NCBI GenBank assembly: GCA_963663385.2
Contig: CAXXXD010000001.1
Span: 64,001 to 128,000, forward strand
DNA from: Oceanispirochaeta sp.
GTDB lineage: Bacteria > Spirochaetota > Spirochaetia > DSM-2461
DNA length: 64,000 nucleotides
Reading direction: 5' to 3'
In this document: positions 1-9,743 of the stretch, piece after piece
How the letters are laid out: each line of letters begins with the position of its first letter
How positions within the stretch are numbered: the first letter of the stretch is position 1
The notes under the pieces: model-generated
Database searches by the model: none
What the model was told of the DNA's origin: nothing
Seen by the model: the letters and a program-made list of their open reading frames with translations, nothing else
Made by a program: the position numbers and the translations under genes

Positions 1-579
1 CTGAGCCAGTTCATCCCTGTAGGAAAGAACCCTATCCACATATTTAAGGGTCATCATGGGGGTCCGGCTGGATTTCACACGGTTTGGGCCGGCATTATAC
101 ATGGCCAGAGCTGTAACCTCATTCACACCCGTATCCAGACAGTAACGCAGGTAGGCGACACCCAGGGGGACATTGATTTCCGGATCAAAGAACTGACTCT
201 CCGTAAGCTCGGGGAAGGATCTGGAATTCAACTGAAAGACACCACGGTCAATAGAGTTGCTGTTATGATTGACGGCTTTTATATCGAATCGGCTCTCTGT
301 AAAGGCAAGAGCAAAGGCAAGAGCCGGATCAACATTATTCAACTCGGATTCCCTTATAATAAGCTCCGCCAGATTCCGGTCTCCCGTAATCAGGCTGTAA
401 TATTCCAGCCTGTCCTTATCTTCTGCAGAAGGATTTCTATATACGATTTCCTTCAGAAGTGATTCATATGTATCCCGCTCAACCAGTTCAGGAGCAGCGG
501 CTGTAGCAGCAGGTTGCGCCAGGCAGCCTGAAAACAGAAAGCTCAGGAAGCCAAGGGCTGTTAATTGTAATAATTTCAT
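1..579 (-). CDS. Lytic transglycosylase (SLT domain) lipoprotein, 3' end runs off the window
   Basis: Manual translation from ATG at 579: MKLLQLTALGFLSFLFSGC (lipobox)...LAFTESRF...DRGVFQLNS...FDPEINVPLGVAYL...ALAMYNAGPNRV, which are SLT motifs. Not in the ORF track because the frame is open at the window edge. Confidence 0.85.
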   Translation of the reverse strand, partial: MKLLQLTALGFLSFLFSGCLAQPAATAAAPELVERDTYESLLKEIVYRNPSAEDKDRLEYYSLITGDRNLAELIIRESELNNVDPALAFALAFTESRFDIKAVNHNSNSIDRGVFQLNSRSFPELTESQFFDPEINVPLGVAYLRYCLDTGVNEVTALAMYNAGPNRVKSSRTPMMTLKYVDRVLSYRDELAQ

Positions 580-727
580 CAGTTCCCAACAAATAAATTC
601 ATAAATATTCTCCGACAGATCATCCGGAAATATCCGTCCTTACTCAAGACAGCAAACAGGCGATTTATGAATTTTTCTGATAAAACACTGGTTTTCTCCG
701 GTTTTGAGTGATATTAATAATGACACA

Positions 728-1681
728 ATGAAAGAATCCGTCGATAACCATTCCCCTCTGTCAGATAGAATCTCTCCCCTTGCCTTCGGAGCCTGGGGAA
801 TCGGCGGAGAGTACTGGGGCCCCCAGGAGCATAAGGATTCGGTCAGAGCTGTCCATAAGGCTCTGGCCCTGGGAGTGAACCATTTTGATACGGCTCCGGT
901 TTACGGGAAAGGCCGGTCGGAGCAGCTGATCGGACAGCAGCTGAAGAAGATCCGCAAAGACTGTTTCATCGCCAGCAAGGCATTCTATACAACTCCCGAA
1001 AAAATGGAAAAGAGTCTGAAAACAAGCCTGAACAGACTGCTGACGGACTACCTGGACATCTTCTATATTCACTGGCCCCTGGGCGGAGCGGACATGAGAC
1101 CGGGAATGGAGATGCTGGAAAAGATGCGGCGGCAGGGCAGGATAAGAGCCATCGGAGTCAGCAATTTCACAATTGAGCAGATTAAAATGGTCCGGGAAGC
1201 CGGAGATGTGGATATTTATCAGGGAGGATACAGTGTTTTATGGCCCCTGGCGGAAAAGGAGATCATCCCCTATTGCCGGGAAGAGAGGATCCCTTTCATC
1301 CCCTACGGGATACTGGCTCAGGGGCTGCTGACGGATACGGGACTGGAAAAACTCAATCATCCCCCGGAAGGATTCCGGCATAACATGCTCCTCTTTCAAA
1401 GGGGTGTTAAAGACGCCGTACAGTCCCAGCTCATCAGCATTCAGGAAAGCTGCCGTAAACAGGGATGGTCTGTAGAACACGCGGTAACCCTGTATACACA
1501 GGAGCGGACACAATCGCCCAGCCTTCTGCTGGGCACCCGGACCAGGGAACAGGCGGAAAAGAATTTCCGTCTGCCCGGTTCCCCCCTTCCTGACGAAATC
1601 AGATGCCGGCTGGACAGGAGCCGCAGTGAAATTGATAAATATTTACCGAAGGCGGACAATATGTTCGGCCATAAAAGTTGA
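728..1681 (+). CDS. Aldo/keto reductase
   Basis: LAFGAWGIGG, HFDTAPVYG, YLDIFYIHWP and IGVSNF motifs. ATG 728 preferred over TTG 704. Confidence 0.9.
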   Translation: MKESVDNHSPLSDRISPLAFGAWGIGGEYWGPQEHKDSVRAVHKALALGVNHFDTAPVYGKGRSEQLIGQQLKKIRKDCFIASKAFYTTPEKMEKSLKTSLNRLLTDYLDIFYIHWPLGGADMRPGMEMLEKMRRQGRIRAIGVSNFTIEQIKMVREAGDVDIYQGGYSVLWPLAEKEIIPYCREERIPFIPYGILAQGLLTDTGLEKLNHPPEGFRHNMLLFQRGVKDAVQSQLISIQESCRKQGWSVEHAVTLYTQERTQSPSLLLGTRTREQAEKNFRLPGSPLPDEIRCRLDRSRSEIDKYLPKADNMFGHKS

Positions 1682-1723
1682 AGTTCCCGAAATAACATGG
1701 GATAATAACCAAGAGGTATCAGG

Positions 1724-2077
1724 ATGGGAAGAACACTGCTCTATGCGGAAGATGAATTTACAAACAGAAAGATTGTCGAAATGGTCTGCCGTAAAATGAA
1801 TATAAACTGCATTCTTGCAGAAGACGGACTCCAGGCGCTGGAACTCTTCAGGCAGGAAACGCCCGACCTGGTGATCCTGGATCAGTATATGCCCGGCTAC
1901 AACGGAGATATTGTTGCGGAAAAAATCCGGAAGGATAATAAGGAGATTCCCCTTATTGCCATAACAAGTGATGATGATGCTGTAACCAGACTGGAAAATT
2001 CCGGTTTTAATCGTGTACTGGTAAAACCGGTCAAAAACAGGGATTATGAATCCCTGTTAAATACGTACCTGGAGTAA
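1724..2077 (+). CDS. Single-domain response regulator (CheY-like receiver)
   Basis: AEDE, ILDQYMPGYNG (phosphoacceptor Asp) and LVKP motifs; 117 aa. Confidence 0.9.
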   Translation: MGRTLLYAEDEFTNRKIVEMVCRKMNINCILAEDGLQALELFRQETPDLVILDQYMPGYNGDIVAEKIRKDNKEIPLIAITSDDDAVTRLENSGFNRVLVKPVKNRDYESLLNTYLE

Positions 2078-2080
2078 TAC

Positions 2081-3631
2081 ATGGGTTTCCTGAAAAAAGC
2101 AGGATTGATTCTGATCCTGTTCCCCCTTCTTTCGGCTGTCGTATCTGCTGAAGAGACTGCGCCCTTTACCGTTAACTTTTCCCCTACCCGTTTTTCACTG
2201 AATCCCCAGTATGGGTTTACAACAGCAGAAGCACAGATATACACCGCCCTCTATGAAGGTCTGGTCAGCTATCACCCGGCCAACCTCCTGCCTCAGCCGG
2301 GGATTGCCGAATCCTGGGAGATTGATGAAGACGGCACCCTTTATACTTTTCACCTCAGAGAAGATCTGAAATGGAGCAACGGCGATACCCTGACCGCATC
2401 CCAGCTCCGCCGGTCCTGGATTAAGCTGCTCTCACCGGAAGTTTCTGCGGATTATGCATCCCTTCTGGATGATATCCCCGGTGCGAAGGAGTACCGGCAC
2501 GGTTCGGGAAAAGCGGAGGATGTGGCCATTGAAGCCCCCGACGACAGAACGTTCATTGTCCATCTTAAACAGAAAGTTCCCTACTTTCTTCAGATTCTCT
2601 GCCACTACAGCTTTGTCCCCATACACCCCAGTCTTCTGGATCAGGAAAACTGGTGGGAACTGAAGGATATTCCCGTAAACGGTCCTTTTGCCTTTTCCGG
2701 GGAAACAAGCAGGAAACAGATAAAACTGACCGGGAATGAACAGTACTGGGACAGAGATATCCTGAAAATAAGCTCTTTGAATCTGCAGTTCAGCGAAGAC
2801 AGGGAAGAACTTATGGATCAGTTCCGTCTCTATCAGGTGGATTGGGTTGTTTCCGGATGGGATGGAGCTTCACTGGATCCTCAGAGACTTGAAATCAATC
2901 CTCTGTTTGCCACATCCTACTACTTTTTTAACAATAAACAGAAACCATGGGATGACTGGCGTGTCAGAAAAGGTCTGGCTCTACTCCTGCCATGGGATAA
3001 AATCCGATCCCAGGAATTCCTGCCCACAACACGTCTGATACCGGCCATTCCCGGATACCCGGATTTGAAGGGGATTGAAAAGGCCTCCGTTCAGGAAGGA
3101 CTCGATCTTCTGGAGGAGGCAGGTTATCCGGAGGGAGCCGGTCTGCCGGAAATCCGGATCAGGGTACCCTATGCGGACAGCATGGCCCTGAATCTGATCA
3201 AAACAAGTCTGGAGGAACTGCTGAAAACCACTGTTGTTCTGGATGAGATTTCCTCCTTTTCCGAGTACTACAAGTCCCTGAGAAACGACGATTACGCCCT
3301 GGGACAGATCACCTGGATTGGGGATTATGCAGATCCCATGACCTTCCTGCAGATGTGGGAGGAAAACAGCAGCCTGAATGATGCGGGTTTTTACAATAAA
3401 GAATATGATACGCTGCTGGATGAAGCGGACGATGACAACCGCCTGGAGAAGATGGCCGAAGCGGAAGGGATCCTGCTGGACACCGCCCAGGTTCTACCCA
3501 TGAGCCACTCACCGGCCCTGAACCTTATAGACCTGCGTTTTATCGAAGGCTGGTATCATAATGTTCTGGATATCCATCCTTTCAAGTACATCAGGTTCCG
3601 GAACAGCTTCGAAATCCCCGGTACTATCTGA
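2081..3631 (+). CDS. Oligopeptide ABC transporter substrate-binding protein (OppA family), orphan
   Basis: LYEGLV, PGIAESW, YTFHLREDLKWSNGD, VNGPF and WIGDYADPMTFL motifs; signal peptide. Confidence 0.88.
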   Translation: MGFLKKAGLILILFPLLSAVVSAEETAPFTVNFSPTRFSLNPQYGFTTAEAQIYTALYEGLVSYHPANLLPQPGIAESWEIDEDGTLYTFHLREDLKWSNGDTLTASQLRRSWIKLLSPEVSADYASLLDDIPGAKEYRHGSGKAEDVAIEAPDDRTFIVHLKQKVPYFLQILCHYSFVPIHPSLLDQENWWELKDIPVNGPFAFSGETSRKQIKLTGNEQYWDRDILKISSLNLQFSEDREELMDQFRLYQVDWVVSGWDGASLDPQRLEINPLFATSYYFFNNKQKPWDDWRVRKGLALLLPWDKIRSQEFLPTTRLIPAIPGYPDLKGIEKASVQEGLDLLEEAGYPEGAGLPEIRIRVPYADSMALNLIKTSLEELLKTTVVLDEISSFSEYYKSLRNDDYALGQITWIGDYADPMTFLQMWEENSSLNDAGFYNKEYDTLLDEADDDNRLEKMAEAEGILLDTAQVLPMSHSPALNLIDLRFIEGWYHNVLDIHPFKYIRFRNSFEIPGTI

Positions 3632-4037
3632 ACTCAAATACCTGAACCTTAACCAGCGCCACCGTTACAATCCCCGGTACACTCTTGAACTTCTCGTACC
3701 GGTGGAGGTGGTAATTCACAAGTTCCACAATCTCTTCTTTCAAAAGCTCCTCATTCACGGATGAAAAATCTACCGCCTTTTTCTGACAGAACAGATTTCT
3801 GAGAGCATCAATGAGAACGGGCTTCAGCTCGGCCAGACTGTACTGGGTCTTCTTGTCTCCCCAGGCATAGGCCAGTTCTACTTTCAAAATGAAGAAGAGA
3901 GGGTTCTCATCGCTGGTTGTACCGGATATTTCCGGTATGTTCTTGTAGTAGGAAACTTCTGCCAGCTCTTTGGAACAGGAGGGAAATAGTAGCAGGAGAG
4001 GCAGCAGCAGAAGTATAATCTTTTTTTTTCCGGACAT
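3624..4037 (-). CDS. FliL-like flagellar basal body-associated protein, probable lipoprotein
   Basis: Hydrophobic N-terminus ending in FPSC; FILKVELAY...LIDALRNLF...LLKEEIVELVN resembles the FliL core. Confidence 0.6.
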   Translation of the reverse strand: MSGKKKIILLLLPLLLLFPSCSKELAEVSYYKNIPEISGTTSDENPLFFILKVELAYAWGDKKTQYSLAELKPVLIDALRNLFCQKKAVDFSSVNEELLKEEIVELVNYHLHRYEKFKSVPGIVTVALVKVQVFEFR

Positions 4038-4110
4038 ATTTCTAGTGTCGGCAGGAAAGAGTCGCCGGTCAAGCTCTTGTCAAAAAGGGCGTTACGATTT
4101 ACTCTATCCC

Positions 4111-4623
4111 ATGGAAAAAATCTACATAAGCTATAATCAAATTCACAATACAATGAAGGACCTATCCAAACAGGTTAAAGACTCCTCGTTTGATCCTGAT
4201 CTGATGGTTGCTATCGGTACAGGCGGCTTTATTCCAGCCAGAATGGCAAAGACCTTCCTTAATATACCAATCCTGACCGTCGGGATTGCCTACTATGATC
4301 TGGACGACAACCCCACAGACAAACCGGCTATTACCCAGTGGGTGGATCAGCCGGATAAACAGCTCAGGGGAAAAAGAATTCTTCTGGTTGACGAAGTAGA
4401 TGACACCCGGGCGACCATAGGATTCTGCCTGGACGAACTGATGAAGCATGAACCGGCGGAAATCGCCCTGATGGTTATCCACAACAAGGAAAAAGAGAAA
4501 AAACACGAAGTCCCCGAATGGATCAACCACTATTTTATCGGTAAAAACTTCCAGGACCAGTGGATCTGCTACCCCTGGGATGCGGAGGATACGGACTATC
4601 AGGAGAAGATGGCTAACAGCTGA
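4111..4623 (+). CDS. Type I phosphoribosyltransferase (xanthine/hypoxanthine PRT-like)
   Basis: AIGTGGFIPAR, ILLVDEVDDTRAT (PRPP loop) and WICYPWD motifs; start ATG 4111. Confidence 0.85.
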   Translation: MEKIYISYNQIHNTMKDLSKQVKDSSFDPDLMVAIGTGGFIPARMAKTFLNIPILTVGIAYYDLDDNPTDKPAITQWVDQPDKQLRGKRILLVDEVDDTRATIGFCLDELMKHEPAEIALMVIHNKEKEKKHEVPEWINHYFIGKNFQDQWICYPWDAEDTDYQEKMANS

Positions 4624-4632
4624 GCCTCTCGA

Positions 4633-4845
4633 ACCTCCCCCGCCCCCTCCTCAGGAGGGGAGTAAGTTCTGTTTTTCTCCTTCGTAAGATTGCTTATTAG
4701 ATCAGAAAGGGACTAAGCAATGAAGTGAAACAGAATGACCAAGAGCTGAAGTAGTCATGTTTTCTCCTCAGGACCATTATCTATCTCTACAAAGGTAAAA
4801 AGCAAGACGATTTCCCCTTCCACGAGGAGGGGGCCAGGGGGAGGT
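4633..4845. repeat. REP/REPIN-like element with imperfect inverted GC-rich termini, between convergent genes
   Basis: Left end acctcccccgccccctcctcaggagggga (4633-4661). Right end 4813-4845 reverse-complements to acctccccctggccccctcctcgtggaagggga. Related to 33997-34203. Confidence 0.65.
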
Positions 4846-7800
4846 CTACATGGACTTCTTCAAATCCTGTCTCTTACCGGCAGCTGCCGGGTACTTCAGA
4901 TAAGGAACTATGGCATCGTTCTTCAACCCGCCTGTTCCATCATAGGTAATGGAGAGAACGGGTACCCCCGTTACTTCTCTGATTCTTTTACTCATGGCCT
5001 CCGTCACAAGTCCGGCACAGCAGAATCCCGGATTCAATTGGATAAAGAGGGAGAGGTCCGGATACTGTCTGCTGATATACCATGTCTTCAACAGATTGTC
5101 CTGAGATTCGCCCTCATGATCCACCCGGACGGAAAATTTTTCCAGAATCGCTTCGGGGTTTTCATCAAACTGGGCCACTGGCTCTTCCAGAACTTTTTCA
5201 AAATGCCTGTAATACCACTTTTCCATGGTGCCCAGAGCCCCCATCAGGGGCTTCAGCGTCAGAAGTTTTCCGAACTTCATCTCTCTGGTCCAGCGGTGAA
5301 AGTAATTCTCCACGGTCATACGGGTATACTCGTGATAGGGCATGGTGACAACTTCCCCGCCGTTCTTCTCAATGTAGTGAATCACATCCTGGTTCATCAC
5401 GGGATTATCCCTTACATACACATCACCAAACAGAGTGACCTTGGGCCTTCTCTGGTCCCGGTTATAGGGTATCCATTCAAAAAGCTGCATAATTTCCTGA
5501 ATGGCCTGAACTTTGTTACCCTTTCCGGCAAACACTTCTCCCAGCAAGGCAAGAGACTGCGCCACGGCTCTATCCGTTTGTCCGGGATTGTACTCATAAG
5601 GCCTTATCCGGCAGGCGATCCGTCTGATCAGACCGGAAAACATATAGGCCAGGTAGGCGTTGGCCGTTACAAGAGGAGACAGATCAATATAGGTCATCTG
5701 CCCCAGATAGACTTTTGCCTTTTCCAGCCCTCCGCCATAGGCTTTGAACAATTCCTGAACCTGATGGGGAAACATCTTTATATTGCAGGAGAATTCCGCA
5801 CTGGGGATCCAGAGGTTCGTATCCTCCGGTTTGAGTTTGTACTTTTCCAGGGTAGCAGCAAAACCGTTTACAAGGGCATTCATGGGAATACACTGGCCAT
5901 TGTTCCATTTCAGGCTCTGCCGGATGGTTTCCTCCGTCTCTTCCATAACCCAGGTTTTGTAGCCCTGATTATTCAGAACAGAAGCGATCAGGGGAACCGC
6001 ATAATCATCCCAGTTGGGTATAACAAGGTTTTTATGCCTGGAAAGCTCTCTCAGATAGGAAGGATTTATCCCGTCATAATTCCGGTCGAATCGTCCCTCT
6101 TCCCGGGAGAGATGATTCCCGAAGGAACGGGCTGCCGCTTCAATACGGGTTTCGTACCCGACGGAAGAATCGTGTTCATCCAGCTCCAGAATCAGATAAG
6201 GCTTTTCGTGCCGGTCCAGGATTTTCTTTACATACTCTGTAATAAACGAATCGGGGCCGCATTTGAAGGATGTAACCAGGACGGGGTATAGACCGGGTGT
6301 CCGGGCCGTAATCTCAGCAGCCTCCAGGATCTTCGCCCCATAGACCCAGGGTACGTCCTTCAGCAGAGGGGCTATGGCCTTAAGAGAATCCTGATCATAG
6401 TCCAGCATATCCTGATAGAAAACCCTGATTCCCAGGGAACCGAATATCCCGGGGATCCCCTTATTCATCTCGGGGGGCAGTACCGAATAAGGCCGTCCCA
6501 GCAGGACAACATCAACCCTGTCATCAGCCGTTTTATTCTCTTTATAGAGAGACCTGTACGAAAGATCGCGCATTTTTCGGAATTCCTCGGCCTTGTCCAG
6601 GGCAGAGGAGATCTGCAGAACCGACCGCTTCAATCCGGGAACATCCTGCAGGGCATGGTAGAGCTCACTGATCAGTTGAAAGGAGGAGTAACGAGTGGAA
6701 GCGAGAGGCGCAATCACCTTTTCTTCTCCCCCGATCTGTTTAATAAGAGATGAAGCGAACTGGGTGAAGTAACAGAACTTCCGCAGCTCTCCGTTCTTTC
6801 CGCGCTTCCTTTCCAGGTATACCGGCATAAAAAGGTAGTCGCACTTTTTCAGCAGAGAGACCGCATGACCGTGCAGAGCCGAAATGGGGGCACAGAATTC
6901 AGCCCCCGTATAGGGTTTTCCAGTCTTAATGGGGTGAGTCATACCCCGGCTGCTTATAACAGGGATTCCCAGCTCCCGGAAGAAGATCTCCCAGTATATC
7001 CGGTCCTCAGTCAGGTAGAGGCCGTCGGGGATCCCGATAAGAGGAGCTTCTGCCGGAAATTGATGAGCCTCCCCGTTTCCGGCCGATAACTCCCGGTCAA
7101 CCCGGGCTCTCTCCTTCAGAAGATCCCAGCCGCTGCTGTTTTTGCTGACATAACTTTCCGTTTCATAATCCCGGCCGCAAAGGAAACCGAAAGCAACGCT
7201 GCGCCCGTCCAGATCGGCAATAGTTAACTTGCAGTGATTCCCGCAGAGCTTGCAGACTTCCCGTCTGAGGGGCACCTCTTTCTTATAGAATTCCACTCCG
7301 ATAAAGTTATCCCTCCGGACCTGATTATCCGCCAGAGTCAGGGCAGCCCCCAGGGCTCCCGTGAGATGACAGTAGGGAGACACCAGGATAGGTTTCTGCA
7401 GCTTCTGTTCAAAAGCCGCTACCAGAGAACGGTTACGGGCTGTGGCCCCCTGGAAAAAGACTCTGTTTCCGATGTTATTTTCAACAGCCACCTTTCTCAG
7501 ATAGTTCTCCCGCACCGCATGAAGAGCCGCCGCAAGGACTTCGGAGACACTGCAGCCTTCGGAAAGGAGATGATTGATATCCCTCTCCATAAATACGGTG
7601 CAACGGTCGCTGACACCGGGGGCCTCAACCCCGTCCGCCAGATTCGCATAATCCCGGATACTTACCCCCATACGGGCGGCCTGTTCTTCCAGAAAACTGC
7701 CTGTACCGGCGGCGCAGACATTATTCATTACAGAAAGGGTTACCCTGCCGTTTTTCAAAGTGGTGAACTTGGCATCCTGCCCTCCGATCTCCAATATGGT

Positions 7801-9099
7801 ATCCACGTGGGGGTCCAGTTCACAGGCGGCTCTGGCATGGGCGCTGATTTCATCCAGAACCACATCGGCATGAATCAGGTTTCCGATAAACTTCCGCCCC
7901 GATCCTGTGGTCGCGCTGCCCAGAACCAGCAGTCGGGTATTTTCTTTCCCGGCAGCAATGGAAACAGCTTCCAGCAGGGCCTGGACCGCTTCCAGAGGCC
8001 TTCCGGCAGTCCTGGTGTAGAAACCGCCCAGAACCTTCCCTTCCGTATCACATACCACCGCCTTGGTGCTGGTAGACCCGATGTCGATACCCATATAGCA
8101 GTCCAGCACTTCCGGCCAGGATTCGAAGAGTTCCACCTCCACAAAGGGCTGGCCGGGCCGTCCCTGAATAGGCTGGTCCCAGCTCAGATAGGATGAAAAA
8201 TCGGGGTAGTCGGATAGTCTAAGAGTCAGGGGAGGATAGAAACAGCTCCTGTCCACCTCTTCCGCTTTATAGAGGGACTCCCCGTCAGAACAGAGGGACA
8301 GCTCTTCATCTGTAACGGACCCCTCCCTTTTCTCATCCAGAAGAGAGAGGGCGGCTCCGATAGCCCCCTGCCAGGGGCCGTCGGGATCGATCAGCAGCTC
8401 GGACCCGATCATGGAAGAAATATGCCGGTAGACAGCTTCATTCAGGGAAACCCCGCCTGTAAACAGAACAGGCCCTTCCAGGTCATCATCCTTAAAAAGG
8501 GTATCAACCAGATTGGCAGCCAGTCCCTGGCAGAGCCCCTCACTGATACCGGGCAGGGAGTATCCCTCCTGCTGAGCATGTATCAGATCCGTCTTGGCAA
8601 ACACGGCGCATCGGGTTGCTACCAGGGGCACGGGATCCCTGTTCTCCAGGGCCGTCCGGCTCAGCTCTGCACTGTTCCCCATATTGAGCCGTCCCGCCTG
8701 CTGATCCAGAAAACTGCCCGTACCGGCAGCGCAGGATGTATTGGTCCGGATGCTTTGATAGTTTCCTTCCCTGTCGAAGCGGATAAGGGAGAACTGCTCT
8801 CCCCCTACCAGAAGGATCGCTCCGGTATGGGGATAACGTTCCTTTACCGAACGGATACAGGCCATCCTGGAATCGTAGCTGCGGTCGTAGATGAGACGGG
8901 TTATATTACGGCCGGTAGCCGCGCAGCCCCTGACCCTGCTCCAGTCCATGCGGGACGATACAGTTACAAGCGCCTCCCGTACATTCCCTTCGTGAGGAAC
9001 ACATTCCCTCTGCAGAATTCTTCCCCCTGAGTCTATCTCGACTGCTGCGAGAGAGACGGATCCGATATCGATTCCCAGTACGGTACTGTTTTCACTCAT
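4846..9099 (-). CDS. Fused double CoA-activase (BcrAD/BadFG ATPase x2) + DUF2229/2-hydroxyacyl-CoA dehydratase-like protein; probable single-chain plasmalogen synthase
   Basis: Two GIDIGS..K/CAAGTGSFL/RC.VF modules; CxxCxxxC; FCAP, KCGPD, GQCIP and FCCAG motifs; 1417 aa. Confidence 0.8.
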   Translation of the reverse strand: MSENSTVLGIDIGSVSLAAVEIDSGGRILQRECVPHEGNVREALVTVSSRMDWSRVRGCAATGRNITRLIYDRSYDSRMACIRSVKERYPHTGAILLVGGEQFSLIRFDREGNYQSIRTNTSCAAGTGSFLDQQAGRLNMGNSAELSRTALENRDPVPLVATRCAVFAKTDLIHAQQEGYSLPGISEGLCQGLAANLVDTLFKDDDLEGPVLFTGGVSLNEAVYRHISSMIGSELLIDPDGPWQGAIGAALSLLDEKREGSVTDEELSLCSDGESLYKAEEVDRSCFYPPLTLRLSDYPDFSSYLSWDQPIQGRPGQPFVEVELFESWPEVLDCYMGIDIGSTSTKAVVCDTEGKVLGGFYTRTAGRPLEAVQALLEAVSIAAGKENTRLLVLGSATTGSGRKFIGNLIHADVVLDEISAHARAACELDPHVDTILEIGGQDAKFTTLKNGRVTLSVMNNVCAAGTGSFLEEQAARMGVSIRDYANLADGVEAPGVSDRCTVFMERDINHLLSEGCSVSEVLAAALHAVRENYLRKVAVENNIGNRVFFQGATARNRSLVAAFEQKLQKPILVSPYCHLTGALGAALTLADNQVRRDNFIGVEFYKKEVPLRREVCKLCGNHCKLTIADLDGRSVAFGFLCGRDYETESYVSKNSSGWDLLKERARVDRELSAGNGEAHQFPAEAPLIGIPDGLYLTEDRIYWEIFFRELGIPVISSRGMTHPIKTGKPYTGAEFCAPISALHGHAVSLLKKCDYLFMPVYLERKRGKNGELRKFCYFTQFASSLIKQIGGEEKVIAPLASTRYSSFQLISELYHALQDVPGLKRSVLQISSALDKAEEFRKMRDLSYRSLYKENKTADDRVDVVLLGRPYSVLPPEMNKGIPGIFGSLGIRVFYQDMLDYDQDSLKAIAPLLKDVPWVYGAKILEAAEITARTPGLYPVLVTSFKCGPDSFITEYVKKILDRHEKPYLILELDEHDSSVGYETRIEAAARSFGNHLSREEGRFDRNYDGINPSYLRELSRHKNLVIPNWDDYAVPLIASVLNNQGYKTWVMEETEETIRQSLKWNNGQCIPMNALVNGFAATLEKYKLKPEDTNLWIPSAEFSCNIKMFPHQVQELFKAYGGGLEKAKVYLGQMTYIDLSPLVTANAYLAYMFSGLIRRIACRIRPYEYNPGQTDRAVAQSLALLGEVFAGKGNKVQAIQEIMQLFEWIPYNRDQRRPKVTLFGDVYVRDNPVMNQDVIHYIEKNGGEVVTMPYHEYTRMTVENYFHRWTREMKFGKLLTLKPLMGALGTMEKWYYRHFEKVLEEPVAQFDENPEAILEKFSVRVDHEGESQDNLLKTWYISRQYPDLSLFIQLNPGFCCAGLVTEAMSKRIREVTGVPVLSITYDGTGGLKNDAIVPYLKYPAAAGKRQDLKKSM

Positions 9100-9117
9100 G
9101 GGTTCTGTCTCCCTCTT

Positions 9118-9591
9118 TCAGATTTTATCCCGGACAACACTCCAGAAATCATCTACCCCTTTTTTCCACCCTGTTAAAACGGTCTTTTTAAATGCATCTA
9201 TCCCTCCGGCCATAAGGGAAGGGAACTGCTGCAGCTGATCCAGAGTTGCCTGAAGCTGTACTTCAAGATGGGGGATAGCCAGAATCTGATCGGGAGAAGC
9301 GGATACAGCGGTTAAAAGGTCTTCATAATGGGCGCGGGAAGCCCAGAGCTGACCGGCCTCTTCCGCCTTCAGAAAGATTTTCCGTTCCCAACCGGATTTC
9401 TCCTGTTTCAGCCTCTTGATAATATCATTCAGCCCTTTGTCTTCGCTGATTCTCTGCTGGAACTCTTCCTTTCTGCAGATTGCCTCGGATACGGCATCCT
9501 GAAAGATACGGGACATATTAAAACCGGAACGCCACTCGTCTATCTTCTGATACAGGGCATCCGGTACGGTCAGGGTTATTTTCCTTGCCAT
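9118..9591 (-). CDS. Hypothetical protein with an N-terminal ribbon-helix-helix-like DNA-binding domain
   Basis: MARKITLTVPDALYQKIDEW...FNMSRIFQDAV fits an RHH/CcdA-like pattern. GGAGG RBS before ATG 9591; 18 bp upstream of the activase gene. Confidence 0.7.
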   Translation of the reverse strand: MARKITLTVPDALYQKIDEWRSGFNMSRIFQDAVSEAICRKEEFQQRISEDKGLNDIIKRLKQEKSGWERKIFLKAEEAGQLWASRAHYEDLLTAVSASPDQILAIPHLEVQLQATLDQLQQFPSLMAGGIDAFKKTVLTGWKKGVDDFWSVVRDKI

Positions 9592-9603
9592 GATTTGCCT
9601 CCG

Positions 9604-9660
9604 GCACGTGTCTTTAAATACTATACGTATTATTTTAAAAGCACGTGTCTTAATTGGCAA
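9604..9660 (-). promoter_or_regulatory. Sigma70 promoter with two 11-bp operator-like direct repeats
   Basis: Minus strand TTGCCA(9660-9655)-N17-TAAAAT(9637-9632). AAGACACGTGC occurs at 9641-9651 and 9604-9614. Confidence 0.7.
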
Positions 9661-9692
9661 GTTTTTTCTGAACGCAATTCTTTTTGAATTTT

Positions 9693-9725
9693 AAAAAAGG
9701 GCCTCCCGAAAGAAGCCCTCAAAGG
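9693..9725 (-). terminator. Rho-independent terminator of the amidohydrolase operon (copy 1 of a 33-bp direct repeat)
   Basis: Minus strand GGGCTTCT-TTCG-GGAGGCCC followed by T6. Confidence 0.8.
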
Positions 9726-9743
9726 AAAAACCGGAAAAATGTC

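Noticed and set aside
265..462. 65-aa plus-strand ORF
   Set aside because: Antisense to the SLT gene, which the ORF track missed.
4021..4029. T9 tract (A9 in the FliL-like coding strand) as a phase-variation site
   Set aside because: It encodes an ordinary Lys-rich signal n-region, the frame is intact, and A/T runs are common in this window.
5038..9030. Long plus-strand ORFs (417, 320 and 202 aa) opposite the activase gene
   Set aside because: Antisense shadows of a well-supported gene, with no motifs or RBS. The same applies to 25771-26652, 44214-45038, 54880-55884, 58811-59698 and 63382-63972.
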